A stretch of 63,703 nucleotides of DNA, filler included, from Raillietiella orientalis (lineage: Eukaryota): assembly GCA_036172245.1 (NCBI GenBank). It is 4 parts of 4 records of this genome, joined end to end, with 100 filler letters (N's around TTAATTAATTAA, not from the genome) between each part and the next. Parts side by side here need not be neighbours in the genome. Positions count along the whole stretch, not along the records: positions 1 to 17,309 come from JAYWIR010000248.1; 3 more parts are not named here. One strand, 5' to 3'. A program made the position numbers and the translations under genes. The notes below the pieces were generated by a model, which did not search any database, had not been told where the DNA came from, and was given only the letters and a program-made list of their open reading frames with translations. Shown here piece after piece: positions 1-15,000 of the stretch. Numbering within the stretch: the first letter of the stretch is position 1; every line of letters begins with the position of its first letter.

Positions 1-3000
1 ATTGGTTACCATGAAAACAACACAGAATGCAAATTGCCACTTCCTAATGAAATGTCGGACTGTTCTTGATGATCCTCTGAAACCAGGAAATTGGGAGTCT
101 CTTCGGCTCTCCATGACGGGAATTTTCCACTCACTGCAAATGGATGCTTCGTGAAAAGGCACAAAGGTGCAATGGAGAAACCTTCTGACTTCGAGTTCAT
201 TACAAAAGCTCAAAAGTGGCAAATTTGGACGAAATAATGAATAAGATCGAAGGAGAAGATTGCCTTTCAAATTCCGACATTGGTTACCATGAAAACAACA
301 CAGAATGCAAAGTGCCACGCCCTAATGAAATGTCGGACTGTTCTTGATGATCCTCTGAAACCAGGAAATTGGGAGGCTCTTCGGCTCTCCATGACGGGCA
401 TTTGCCACTCACTGCAAATGGATGCTTCGCAAAGAGGCGCAAAAGTGCAATGGTGAAATCTTCTGCTTTCGAGTTGATTACAAAACCTGAAGAGTGGCAA
501 ATTTGGACCAAATAATGAATCAGAGCGAAGGAGAAGATTGCCTTTCAAATTCCGACATTGGTTACCATGAAAACAACACAGAATGCAAAGTGCCACGCCC
601 TAATGAAATGTCGGACTGTTCTTGATGATCCTCTGAAACCAGGAAATTGGGAGGATCAGCGGCTCCCCATGACGGGAATTTGCCACTCACTGCAAATGGA
701 TGCTTCGCAAAGAGGCGCAAAAGTGCAATGGTGAAATCTTCTGCTTTCGAGTTGATTACAAAACCTGAAGAGTGGCAAATTTGGACCAAATAATGAATCA
801 GAGCGAAGGAGAAGATTGCCTTTCAAATTCCGACATTGGTTACCATGAAAACAACACAGAATGCAAAGTGCCACTTCCTAATGAAATGTCGGACTGTTCT
901 TGATGATCCTCTGAAACCAGGAAATTGGGAGGCTCTTCGGCTCTCCATGACGGGAATTTGCCACTCACTGCAAATGGATGCTTCGTGAAGAGGCGCAAAA
1001 GTGCAATGGAGAAACCTTCTGACTTCGAGTTCATTACAAAAGCTCAAAAGTGGCAAATTTGGACCAAAGAATGAATCAGAGCGAAGGAGAAGATTGCCTT
1101 TCAAATTCCGACATTGGTTACCATGAAAACAACACAGAATGCAAAGTGCCACTTCCTAATGAAATGTCGGACTGTTCTTGATGATCCTCTGAAACCAGGA
1201 AATTGGGAGGCTCTTCGGCTCTCCATGACGGGAATTTTCCACTCACTGCTAATGGATGCTTCGGGAAGAGGCGCAAAAGTGCAATGGAGAAACCTTCTGC
1301 TTTCGAGTTGATTACAAAACCTGAAGAGTGGCAAATTTGGACCAAAGAATGAATCAGAGCGAAGGAGAAGATTGCCTTTCAAATTCCGGCATTGGTTACT
1401 ATAAAAAAAACACAGAATGCAAAGTGCCACATCCTAATGAAATGTCGGAATCTTCTTGATGATCCTCTGAAACCAGGAAATTGGGAGGCTCTTCGGCTCT
1501 CCATGACGGGAATTTGCCACTCACTGCAAATGGATGCTTCGTGAAGAGGCGCAAAAATGCAATGGTGAAATCTTGTGACTTGGAGATCATTACAAAAGCT
1601 GAAAAGTGGCAAATTTGGACCAAATAATGAATCAGAGCGAAGGAGAAGATTGCCTTTCAAATTCCGAAATTGGTTACCATAAAAACACCACAGAATGCAA
1701 AGTGCCACGCCCTAATGAAATGTGGGACTCTTCTTGATGATCCTCTGAAAGCAGGAAATTGGGAGGCTCTTCGGCTCTCCATGACGGGAATTTGCCACTC
1801 ACTGCAAATGGATGCTTCGTGAAGAGGCGCAAAAATGCAATGGTGAAATCTTGTGACTTGGAGATCATTACAAAAGCTGAAAAGTGGCAAATTTGGACCA
1901 AATAATGAATGAGAACGAAGGAGAAGATTGCCTTTCAAATTCCGGCATTGGTTACCATAAAAAAAACACAGAATGCAAAGTGCCACGCCCTAATGAAATG
2001 TCGGACTCTTCTTGATGATCCTCTGAAACCAGGAAATTGGGAGGCTCTTCGGCTCTCCATGACGGGCATTTGCCACTCACTGCAAATGGATGCTTTGCAA
2101 AGAGGCGCAAAAGTGCAATGGTGAAATCTTCTGCTTTCGAGTTGATTACAAAACCTGAAGAGTGGCAAATTTGGACCAAATAATGAATCAGAGCGAAGGA
2201 GAAGATTGCCTTTCAAATTCCGACATTGGTTACCATGAAAACAACACAGAAAGCAAAGTGCCACTTCCTAATGAAATGTCGGACTCTAATTGATGATCCT
2301 CTGAAAGCAGGAAATTGGGAGGCTCTTCGGCTCTCCATGACAAGAATTTGCCACTCACTGCAAATGGATGCTTCCTGAAGAGGCGCAAAAATGCAATGGT
2401 GAAATCTTGTGACTTGGAGATCATTACAAGAGCTGAAAAGTGGCAAATTTGGACCAAATAATGAATCAGAGCGAAGGAGAAGATTGCCTTTCAAATTCCG
2501 GCATTGGTTACCATAAAAAAAACACAGAATGCAAAGTGCCACATCACAATGAAATGTCGGACTCTTCTTGATGATCCTCTGAAAGCAGGAAATTGGGAGG
2601 CCCTTCGGCTCTCCATGACAAGAATTTGCCACTCACTGCAAATGGATGCTTCGTGAAGAGGCGCAAAAATGCAATGGTGAAATCTTGTGACTTGGAGATC
2701 ATTACAAAAGCTGAAAAGTGGCAAATTTGGACCAAAGAATGAATCAGAGCGAAGGAGAAGATTGCCTTTCAAATTCCGGCATTGGTTACTATAAAAAAAA
2801 CACAGAATGCAAAGTGCCACATCCTAATGAAATGTCGGACTCTTCTTGATGATCCTCTGAAAGCAGGAAATTGGGAGGCTCTTCGGCTCTCCATGACGGG
2901 AATTTGCCACTCACTGCAAATGGATGCTTCGTGAAGAGGCGCAAAAATGCAATGGTGAAATCTTGTGACTTGGAGATCATTACAAAAGCTGAAAAGTGGC

Positions 3001-6000
3001 AAATTTGGACCAAATAATGAATCAGAGCGAAGGAGAAGATTGCCTTTCAAATTCCGAAATTGGTTACCATAAAAACACCACAGAATGCAAAGTGCCACGC
3101 CCTGATGAAATGTCGGACTCTTCTTAATGATCCTCTGAAAGCAGGAAATTGGGAGGATCAGCGGCTCCCCATGACGGGAGTTTGCCACTCACTGCAAATG
3201 GATGCTTCGCAAAGAGGCGCAAAAGTGCAATGGTGAAATCTTCTGCTTTCGAGTTGATTACAAAACCTGAAGAGTGGCAAATTTGGACCAAATAATGAAT
3301 CAGAGCGAAGGAGAAGATTGCCTTTCAAATTCCGACATTGGTTACCATGAAAACAGCACAGAATGCAAAGTGCCACATCCTAATGAAATGTCGGACTCTT
3401 CTTGATGATCCTCTGAAACCAGGAAATTGGGAGGCTCTTCGGCTCTCCATGACGGGAATTTTCCACTCACTGCAAATGGATGCTTCGTGAAAAGGCGCAA
3501 AAGTGTAATGGTGAAATCTTCTGCTTTCGAGTTGATTACAAAACCTGAAAAGTGGCAAATTTGGACCAAAGAATGAATCAGAGCGAAGGAGAAGATTGCC
3601 TTTCAAATTCAGGCATTAGTAACTATAAAAAAAACACAGAATGCAAAGTGCCACATCCTAATGAAATGTCGGACTCTTCTTGATGATCCTCTGAAAGCAG
3701 GAAATTGGGAGGCTCTTCGGCTCTCCATGACGGGAATTTGCCACTCACTGCAAATGGATGCTTCGTGAAGAGGCGCAAAAATGCAATGGTGAAATTTTGT
3801 GACTTGGAGATCATTACAAAAGCTGAAAAGTGGCACATTTGGACCAAATAATGAATCAGAAAGAAGGAGAAGATTGCCTTTCAAATTCCGGCATTGGTTA
3901 CCATAAAGAAAACACAGAATGCAAAGTGCCACATCATAATGAAATGTCGGACTCTTCTTGATGATCCTCTGAAACTAGGAAATTGGGAGTCTGTTCGGCT
4001 CTCCATGACGGGAATTTTCCACTCACTGCAAATGGATGCTTCGTGAAAAGGCGCAAAAGTGCAATGGTGAAATCTTCTGCTTTCGAGTTGATTACAAAAC
4101 CCGAAAAGTGGCAAATTTGGACCAAAGAATGAATCAGAGCGAACGAGAAGATTGCCTTTGAAATTCCGGCATTGGTTACCATGAAAACACCACAGAATGC
4201 AAAGTGCCACGCCCTAATGAAATGTCGGACTGTTCTTGATGATCCTCTGAAAGCAGGAAATTGGGAGGATCAGCGGCTCCCCATGACGGGAATTTTCCAC
4301 TCACTGCAAATGGATGCTTCGCAAAGAGGCGCAAAAGTGCAATGGTGAAATCTTCTGCTTTCGAGTTGATTACAAAACCTGAAGAGTGGCAAATTTGGAC
4401 CAAATAATGAATCAGAGCGAAGGAGAAGATTGCCTTTCAAATTCCGACATTGGTTACCATGAAAACAACACAGAATGCAAAGTGCCACTTCCTAATGAAA
4501 TGTCGGACTGTTCTTGATGATCCTCTGAAACCAGGAAATTGGGAGGCTCTTCGGCTCTCCATGACGGGAATTTTCCACTCACTGCAAATGGATGCTTCGT
4601 GAAAAGGCACAAAGGTGCAATGGAGAAACCTTCTGACTTCGAGTTCATTACAAAAGCTCAAAAGTGGCAAATTTGGACGAAATAATGAATAGGATCGAAC
4701 GAGAAGATTGCCTTTCAAATTCCGACATTGGTTACCATGAAAACAACACAGAATGCAAAGTGCCACGCCCTAATGAAATGTCGGACTGTTCTTGATGATC
4801 CTCTGAAACCAGGAAATTGGGAGGATCAGCGGCTCCCCATGACGGGAGTTTGCCACTCACTGCAAATGGATGCTTCGCAAAGAGGCGCAAAAGTGCAATG
4901 GTGAAATCTTCTGCTTTCGAGTTGATTACAAAACCTGAAAAGTGGCAAATTTAGACCAAAGAATGAATCAGAGCGAAGGAGAAGATTGCCTTTGAAATTC
5001 CGAAATTGGTTACCATGAAAACAACACAGAATGCAAAGTGCCACGCCCTAATGAAATGTCGGACTGTTCTTGATGATCCTCTCAAACCAGGAAATTGGGA
5101 GGATCAGCGGCTCCCCATGACGGGAGTTTGCCACTCACTGCAAATGGATGCTTCGCAAAGAGGCGCAAAAGTGCAATGGTGAAATCTTCTGCTTTCGAGT
5201 TGATTACAAAACCTGAAGAGTGGCAAATTTGGACCAAATAATGAATCAGAGCGAAGGAGAAGATTGCCTTTCAAATTCCGACATTGGTTACCATGAAAAC
5301 AACACAGAATGCAAAGTGCCACTTCCTAATGAAATGTCGGACTGTTCTTGATGATCCTCTGAAACCAGGAAATTGGGAGGCTCTTCGGCTCCCCATGACG
5401 GGAATTTTCCACTCACTGCAAATGGATGCTTCGCAAAGAGGCGCAAAAGTGCAATGGAGAAACCTTCTGACTTCGAGTTCATTACAAAAGCTCAAAATTG
5501 GCAAATTTGGACCAAAGAATGAATCAGAGCGAAGGAGAAGATTGCCTTTCAAATTCCGACATTGGTTACCATGAAAACAACACAGAATGCAAAGTGCCAC
5601 ATCCTAATGAAATGTCGGACTCTTCTTGATGATCCTCTGAAAGCAGGAAATTGGGAGGATCAGCGGCTCCCCATGACGGGAGTTTGCCACACACTGCAAA
5701 TGGATGCTTCGCAAAGAGGCGCAAAAGTGCAATGGTGAAATCTTCTGCTTTCGAGTTGATTACAAAACCTGAAGAGTGGCAAATTTGGACCAAATAATGA
5801 ATCAGAGCGAAGGAGAAGATTGCCTTTCAAATTCCGACATTGGTTACCATGAAAACAACACAGAATGCAAAGTGCCACTTCCTAATGAAATGTCGGACTG
5901 TTCTTGATGATCCTCTGAAACCAGGAAATTGGGAGGCTCTTCGGCTCTCCATGACGGGAATTTTCCACTCACTGCAAATGGATGCTTCGTGAAGAGGCGC

Positions 6001-9000
6001 AAAAGTGCAATGGAGAAACCTTCTGCTTTCGAGTTGATTACAAAACCTGAAGAGTGGCAAATTTGGACCAAATAATGAATCAGAGCGAAGGAGAAGATTG
6101 CCTTTCAAATTCCGACATTGGTTACCATAAAGAAAACACAGAATGCAAAGTGCCACATCATAATGAAATGTCGGACTCTTCTTGATGATCCTCTGAAACC
6201 AGGAAATTGGGAGTCTCTTCGGCTCTCCATGACGGGAATTTTCCACTCACTGCAAATGGATGCTTCGTGAAAAGGCGCAAAAGTGCAATGGTGAAATCTT
6301 CTGCTTTCGAGTTGATTACAAAACCTGATAAGTGGCAAATTTGGACCAAAGAATGAATCAGAGCGAAGGAGAAGATTGCCTTTCAAATTCCGGCATTGGT
6401 TACCATGAAAACAACACAGAATGCAAAGTGCCACTTCCTAATGAAATGTCGGACTCTTCTTGATGATCCTCTGAAACCAGGAAATTGGGAGTCTCTTCGG
6501 CTCTCCATGACGGGAATTTGCCACTCACTGCAAATGGATGCTTCGTGAAGAGGCGCAAAAATGCAATGGTGAAATCTTGTGACTTGGAGATCTTACAAAA
6601 GCTGAAAAGTGGCAAATTTGGACCAAATAATGAATCAGAGCGAAGGAGAAGATTGCCTTTCAAATTCCGAAATTGGTTACCATGAAAACAACACAGAATG
6701 CAAAGTGCCACGCCCTAATGAAATGTCGGACTGTTCTTGATGATCCTCTGAAACCAGGAAATTGGGAGGCTCTTCGGCTCTCCATGACGGGAATTTTCCA
6801 CTCACTGCAAATGGATGCTTCGTGAAGAGGCGCAAAAATGCAATGGTGAAATCTTGTGACTTCGAGTTCATTACAAAAGCTCAAAAGTGGCAAATTTGGA
6901 CGAAAAAATGAATAAGATCGATGGAGAAGATTGCCTTTCAAATTCCGACATTGGTTACCATGAAAACAACACAGAATGCAAAGTGCCACGCCCTAATGAA
7001 ATGTCGGACTGTTCTTGATGATCCTCTGAAACCAGGAAATTGGGAGGATCAGCGGCTCCCCATGACGGGAGTTTGCCACTCACTGCAAATGGATGCTTCG
7101 CAAGGAGGCGCAAAAGTGCAATGGTGAAATCTTCTGCTTACGAGTTGATTACAAAACCTGAAAAGTGGCAAATTTGGACCAAAGAATGAATCAGAGCGAA
7201 GGAGAAGATTGCCTTTCAAATTCCGGCATTGGTTACTATAAAAAAAACACAGAATGCAAAGTGCCACATCCTAATGAAATGTCGGACTCTTCTTGATGAT
7301 CATCTGAAACCAGGAAATTGGGAGGCTCTTCGGCTCTCCATGACGGGAATTTTCCACTCACTGCAAATGGATGCTTCGTAAAAAGGCGCAAAAGTGCAAT
7401 GGTGAAATCTTCTGCTTTCGAGTTGATTACAAAACCTGAAAAGTGGCAAATTTGGACCAAAGAATGAATCAGAGCGAAGGAGAAGATTGCCTTTCAAATT
7501 CCGACATTGGTTACCATGAAAACAACACAGAATGCAAAGTGCCACATCCTAATGAAATGTCGGACTCTTCTTGATGATCCTCTGAAAGCAGGAAATTGGG
7601 AGGATCAGCGGCTCCCCATGACGGGAGTTTGCCACTCACTGCAAATGGATGGTTCGTGAAGAGGCGCAAAAGTGCAATGGTGAAATCTTCTGGTTTCGAG
7701 TTGATTACAAAACCTGAAGAGTGGCAAATTTGGACCAAATAATGAATCAGAGCGAAGGAGAAGATTGCCTTTGAAATTCCGACATTGGTTACCATAAAGA
7801 AAACACAGAATGCAAAGTGCCACATCATAATGAAATGTCGGACTCTTCTTGATGATCCTCTGAAACCAGGAAATTGGGAGGCTCTTCGGCTCTCCATGAC
7901 GGGCATTTGCCACTCACTGCAAATGGATGCTTCGTGAAGAGGCGCAAAAGTGCAATGGAGAAACCTTCTGACTTCGAGTTTATTACAAAAGCTCAAAAGT
8001 GGAAAATTTGGACGAAATAATGAATAAGATCGAAGGAGAAGATTGCCTTTCAAATTCCGACATTGGTTACCATGAAAACAACACAGAATGCAAAGTGCCA
8101 CGCCCTAATGAAATGTCGGACTGTTCTTGATGATCCTCTGAAACCAGGAAATTGGGAGGATCAGCGGCTCCCCATGACGGGAGTTTGCCACTCACTGCAA
8201 ATGGATGCTTCGTGAAAAGGCGCAAAAGTGCAATGGAGAAACCTTCTGACTTCGAGATCATTACAAAAGCTGAAAAGTGGCAAATTAGGACCAAATAATG
8301 AATCAGAGCGAAGGATAAGATTGCCTTTCAAATTCCGACATTGGTTACCATGAAAACAACACAGAATGCAAAGTGCCACGCCATAATGAAATGTCGGACT
8401 CTTCTTGATGATCCTCTGAAACCAGGAAATTGGGAGGCTCTTCGGCTCTCCATGACGGGAATTTGCCACTCACTGCAAATGGATGCTTCGTGAAGAGGCG
8501 CAAAAGTGCAATGGAGAAACCTTCTGACTTCGAGTTCATTACAAAAGCTCAAAAGTGGCAAATTTGGACGAAATAATGAATAAGATCGAAGGAGAAGATT
8601 GCCTTTCAAATTCCGACATTGGTTACCATGAAAACAACACAGAATGCAAAGTGCCACGCCCTAATGAAATGTCGGACTGTTCTTGATGATCCTCTGAAAG
8701 CAGGAAATTGGGAGGATCAGCGGCTCCCCATGACGGGAGTTTGCCACTCACTGCAAATGGATGCTTCGCAAAGAGGCGCAAAAGTGCAATGGTGAAATCT
8801 TCTGGTTTCGAGTTGATTACAAAACCTGAAGAGTGGCAAATTTGGACCAAATAATGAATCAGAGCGAAGGAGAAGATTGCCTTTGAAATTCCGACATTGG
8901 TTACCATAAAGAAAACACAGAATGCAAAGTGCCACATCATAATGAAATGTCGGACTCTTCTTGATGATCCTCTGAAACCAGGAAATTGGGAGGCTCTTCG

Positions 9001-12000
9001 GCTCTCCATGACGGGAATTTGCCACTCACTGCAAATGGATGCTTCGTGAAGAGGCGCAAAAGTGCAATGGAGAAACCTTCTGACTTCGAGTTCATTACAA
9101 AAGCTCAAAAGTGGCAAATTTGGACGAAATAATGAATAAGATCGAAGGAGAAGATTGCCTTTCAAATTCCGAAATTGGTTACCATAAAAACACCACAGAA
9201 TGCAAAGTGCCACGCCCTAATGAAATGTCGGACTCTTCTTGATGATCCTCTGAAAGCAGGAAATTGGGAGGCTCTTCGGCTCTCCATGACGGGAATTTGC
9301 CACTCACTGCAAATGGATGCTTCGTGAAGAGGCGCAAAAATGCAATGGTGAAATCTTGTGACTTGGAGATCATTACAAAAGCTGAAAAGTGGCAAATTTG
9401 GACCAAATAATGAATCAGAACGAAGGAGAAGATTGCCTTTCAAATTCCGGCATTGGTTACCATAAAAAAAACACAGAATGCAAAGTGCCACGCCCTAATG
9501 AAATGTCGGACTCTTCTTGATGATCCTCTGAAACCAGGAAATTGGGAGGCTCTTCGGCTCTCCATGACGGGCATTTGCCACTCACTGCAAATGGATGCTT
9601 TGCAAAGAGGCGCAAAAGTGCAATGGTGAAATCTTCTGCTTTCGAGTTGATTACAAAACCTGAAGAGTGGCAAATTTGGACCAAATAATGAATCAGAGCG
9701 AAGGAGAAGATTGCCTTTCAAATTCCGACATTGGTTACCATGAAAACAACACAGAAAGCAAAGTGCCACTTCCTAATGAAATGTCGGACTCTAATTGATG
9801 ATCCTCTGAAAGCAGGAAATTGGGAGGCTCTTCGGCTCTCCATGACAAGAATTTGCCACTCACTGCAAATGGATGCTTCCTGAAGAGGCGCAAAAATGCA
9901 ATGGTGAAATCTTGTGACTTGGAGATCATTACAAGAGCTGAAAAGTGGCAAATTTGTACCAAATAATGAATCAGAGCGAAGGAGAAGATTGCCTTTCAAA
10001 TTCCGGCATTGGTTACCATAAAAAAAACACAGAATGCAAAGTGCCACATCATAATGAAATGTCGGACTCTTCTTGATGATCCTCTGAAAGCAGGAAATTG
10101 GGAGGCTCTTCGGCTCTCCATGACAAGAATTTGCCACTCACTACAAATGGATGCTTCGTGAAGAGGCGCAAAAATGCAATGGTGAAATCTTGTGACTTGG
10201 AGATCATTACAAAAGCTGAAAAGTGGCAAATTTGGACCAAAGAATGAATCAGAGCGAAGGAGAAGATTGCCTTTCAAATTCCGGCATTGGTTACTATAAA
10301 AAAAACACAGAATGCAAAGTGCCACATCCTAATGAAATGTCGGACTCTTCTTGATGATCCTCTGAAAGCAGGAAATTGGGAGGCTCTTCGGCTCTCCATG
10401 ACGGGAATTTGCCACTCACTGCAAATGGATGCTTCGTGAAGAGGCGCAAAAATGCAATGGTGAAATCTTGTGACTTGGAGATCATTACAAAAGCTGAAAA
10501 GTGGCAAATTTGGACCAAATAATGAATCAGAGCGAAGGAGAAGATTGCCTTTCAAATTCCGAAATTGGTTACCATAAAAACACCACAGAATGCAAAGTGC
10601 CACGCCCTAATGAAATGTCGGACTCTTCTTGATGATCCTCTGAAAGCAGGAAATTGGGAGGATCAGCGGCTCCCCATGACGGGAGTTTGCCACTCACTGC
10701 AAATGGATGCTTCGCAAAGAGGCGCAAAAGTGCAATGGTGAAATCTTCTGCTTTCGAGTTGATTACAAAACCTGAAGAGTGGCAAATTTGGACCAAATAA
10801 TGAATCAGAGCGAAGGAGAAGATTGCCTTTCAAATTCCGACATTGGTTACCATGAAAACAGCACAGAATGCAAAGTGCCACATCCTAATGAAATGTCGGA
10901 CTCTTCTTGATGATCCTCTGAAACCAGGAAATTGGGAGGCTCTTCGGCTCTCCATGACGGGAATTTTCCACTCACTGCAAATGGATGCTTCGTGAAAAGG
11001 CGCAAAAGTGTAATGGTGAAATCTTCTGCTTTCGAGTTGATTACAAAACCTGAAAAGTGGCAAATTTGGACCAAAGAATGAATCAGAGCGAAGGAGAAGA
11101 TTGCCTTTCAAATTCCGGCATTGGTTACCATAAAAAAAACACAGAATGCAAAGTGCCACATCCTAATGAAATGTCGGACTCTTCTTGATGATCCTCTGAA
11201 AGCAGGAAATTGGGAGGCTCTTCGGCTCTCCATGACGGGAATTTGCCACTCACTGCAAATGGATGCTTCGTGAAGAGGCGCAAAAATGCAATGGTGAAAT
11301 CTTGTGACTTGGAGATCATTACAAAAGCTGAAAAGTGGCAAATTTGGACCAAATAATGAATCAGAAAGAAGGAGAAGATTGCCTTTCAAATTCCGGCATT
11401 GGTTACCATAAAGAAAACACAGAATGCAAAGTGCCACATCATAATGAAATGTCGGACTCTTCTTGATGATCCTCTGAAACTAGGAAATTGGGAGTCTCTT
11501 CGGCTCTCCATGACGGGAATTTTCCACTCACTGCAAATGGATGCTTCGTGAAAAGGCGCAAAAGTGCAATGGTGAAATCTTCTGCTTTCGAGTTGATTAC
11601 AAAACCTGAAAAGTGGCAAATTTGGACCAAAGAATGAATCAGAGCGAAGGAGAAGATTGCCTTTCAAATTCCGGCATTGGTTACCATGAAAACACCACAG
11701 AATGCAAAGTGCCACTTCCTAATGAAATGTCGGACTGTTCTTGATGATCCTCTGAAACCAGGAAATTGGGAGGCTCTTCGGCTCTCCATGACGGCAATTT
11801 TCCACTCACTGCTAATGGATGCTTCGTGAAGAGGCGCAAAAGTGCAATGGAGAAACCTTCTGCTTTCGAGTTGATTACAAAACCTGAAGAGTGGCAAATT
11901 TGGACCAAATAATGAATCAGAGCGAAGGAGAAGATTGCCTTTCAAATTCTGACATTGGTTACCATGAAAACAACACAGAATGCAAAGTGCCACATCCTAA

Positions 12001-15000
12001 TGAAATGTCGGACTCTTCTTGATGATCCTCTGAAACCAGGAAATTGGGAGGCTATTCGGCTCTCCATGACGGGAATTTTCCACTCACTGCAAATGGATGC
12101 TTCGTGAAGAGGCGCAAAAATGCAATGGTTAAATCTTCTGCTTTCGAGTTGATTACAAAACCTGAAAAGTGGCAAATTTGGACCAAAGAATGAATCAGAG
12201 CGAAGGAGAATATTGCCTTTCAAATTCCGGCATTGGTTACTATAAAAAAAACACAGAATGCAAAGTGCCACATCCTAATGAAATGTCGGACTCTTCTTGA
12301 TGATCCTCTGAAACCAGGAAATTGGGAGGCTCTTCGGCTCTCCATGACGGGAATTTGCCACTCACTGCAAATGGATGCTTCGTGAAGAGGCGCAAAAATG
12401 CAATGGTGAAATCTTGTGACTTGGAGATCATTACAAAAGCTGAAAAGTGGCAAATTTGGACCAAATAATGAATCAGAGCGAAGGAGAAGATTGCCTTTCA
12501 AATTCCGAAATTGGTTACCATAAAAACACCACAGAATGCAAAGTGCCACGCCCTAATGAAATGTGGGACTCTTCTTGATGATCCTCTGAAAGCAGGAAAT
12601 TGGGAGGCTCTTCGGCTCTCCATGACGGGAATTTGCCACTCACTGCAAATGGATGCTTCGTGAAGAGGCGCAAAAATGCAATGGTGAAATCTTGTGACTT
12701 GGAGATCATTACAAAACCTGAAGAGTGGCAAATTTGGACCAAATAATGAATCAGAGCGAAGGAGAAGATTGCCTTTCAAATTCCGACATTGGTTACCATA
12801 AAGAAAACACAGAATGCAAAGTGCCACATCATAATGAAATGTCGGACTCTTCTTGATGATCCTCTGAAACCAGGAAATTGGGAGTCTCTTCGGCTCTCCA
12901 TGACGGGAATTTTCCACTCACTGCAAATGGATGCTTCGTGAAAAGGCGCAAAAGTGCAATGGTGAAATCTTCTGCTTTCGAGTTGATTACAAAACCTGAT
13001 AAGTGGCAAATTTGGACCAAAGAATGAATCAGAGCGAAGGAGAAGATTGCCTTCCAAATTCCGGCATTGGTTACCATGAAAACAACACAGAATGCAAAGT
13101 GCCACTTCCTAATGAAATGTCGGACTCTTCTTGATGATCCTCTGAAACCAGGAAATTGGGAGTCTCTTCGGCTCTCCATGACGGGAATTTGCCACTCACT
13201 GCAAATGGATGCTTCGTGAAGAGGCGCAAAAATGCAATGGTGAAATCTTGTGACTTGGAGATCTTACAAAAGCTGAAAAGTGGCAAATTTGGACCAAATA
13301 ATGAATCAGAGCGAAGGAGAAGATTGCCTTTCAAATTCCGAAATTGGTTACCATGAAAACAACACAGAATGCAAAGTGCCACGCCCTAATGAAATGTCGG
13401 ACTGTTCTTGATGATCCTTTGAAACCAGGAAATTGGGAGGCTCTTCGGCTCTCCATGACGGGAATTTTCCACTCACTGCAAAAGGATGCTTCGTGAAGAG
13501 GCGCAAAAATGCAATGGTGAAATCTTGTGACTTCGAGTTCATTACAAAAGCTCAAAAGTGGCAAATTTGGACGAAATAATGAATAAGATCGATGGAGAAG
13601 ATTGCCTTTCAAATTCCGACATTGGTTACCATGAAAACAACACAGAATGCAAAGTGCCACGCCCTAATGAAATGTCGGACTGTTCTTGATGATCCTCTGA
13701 AACCAGGAAATTGGGAGGATCAGCGGCTCCCCATGACGGGAGTTTGCCACTCACTGCAAATGGATGCTTCGCAAAGAGGCGCAAAAGTGCAATGGTGAAA
13801 TCTTCTGCTTTCGAGTTGATTACAAAACCTGAAAAGTGGCAAATTTGGACCAAAGAATGAATCAGAGCGAAGGAGAAGATTGCCTTTCAAATTCCGACAT
13901 TGGTTACCATGAAAACAACACAGAATGCAAAGTGCCACATCCTAATGAAATGTCGGACTCTTCTTGATGATCCTCTGAAAGCAGGAAATTGGGAGGATCA
14001 GCGGCTCCCCATGACGGGAGTTTGCCACTCACTGCAAATGGATGCTTCGCAAAGAGGCGCAAAAGTGCAATGGTGAAATCTTCTGCTTTCGAGTTGATTA
14101 CAAAACCTGAAGAGTGGCAAATTTGGACCAAATAATGAATCAGAGCGAAGGAGAAGATTGCCTTTCAAATTCCGACATTGGTTACCATGAAAACAACACA
14201 GAATGCAAAGTGCCACTTCCTAATGAAATGTCGGACTGTTCTTGATGATCCTCTGAAACCAGGAAATTGGGAGGCTCTTCGGCTCTCCATGACGGGAATT
14301 TTCCACTCACTGCTAATGGATGCTTCGTGAAGAGGCGCAAAATTGCAATGGAGAAACCTTCTGCTTTCGAGTTGATTACAAAACCTGAAGAGTGGCAAAT
14401 TTGGACCAAATAATGAATCAGAGCGAAGGAGAAGATTGCCTTTCAAATTCTGACATTGGTTACCATGAAAACAACACAGAATGCAAAGTGCCACATCCTA
14501 ATGAAATGTCGGACTCTTCTTGATGATCCTCTGAAACCAGGAAATTGGGAGGCTCTTCGGCTCTCCATGACGGGAATTTTCCACTCACTGCAAATGGATG
14601 CTTCGTGAAGAGGCGCAAAAATGCAATGGTGAAATCTTCTGACTTCGAGATCATTACAAAACCTGAAAAGTGGCAAATTAGGACCAAATAATGAATAAGA
14701 GCGAAGGAGAAGATTGCCTTTCAAATTCCGACATTGGTTACCATAAAAAAAACACAGAATGCAAAGTGCCACGCCATAATGAAATGTCGGACTCTTCTTG
14801 ATGATCCTCTGAAACCAGGAAATTGGGAGGCTCTTCGGCTCTCCATGACGGGCATTTGCCACTCACTGCAAATGGATGCTTCGTGAAGAGGCGCAAAAGT
14901 GCAATGGAGAAACCTTCTGACTTCGAGTTTATTACAAAAGCTCAAAAGTGGAAAATTTGGACGAAATAATGAATAAGATCGAAGGAGAAGATTGCCTTTC

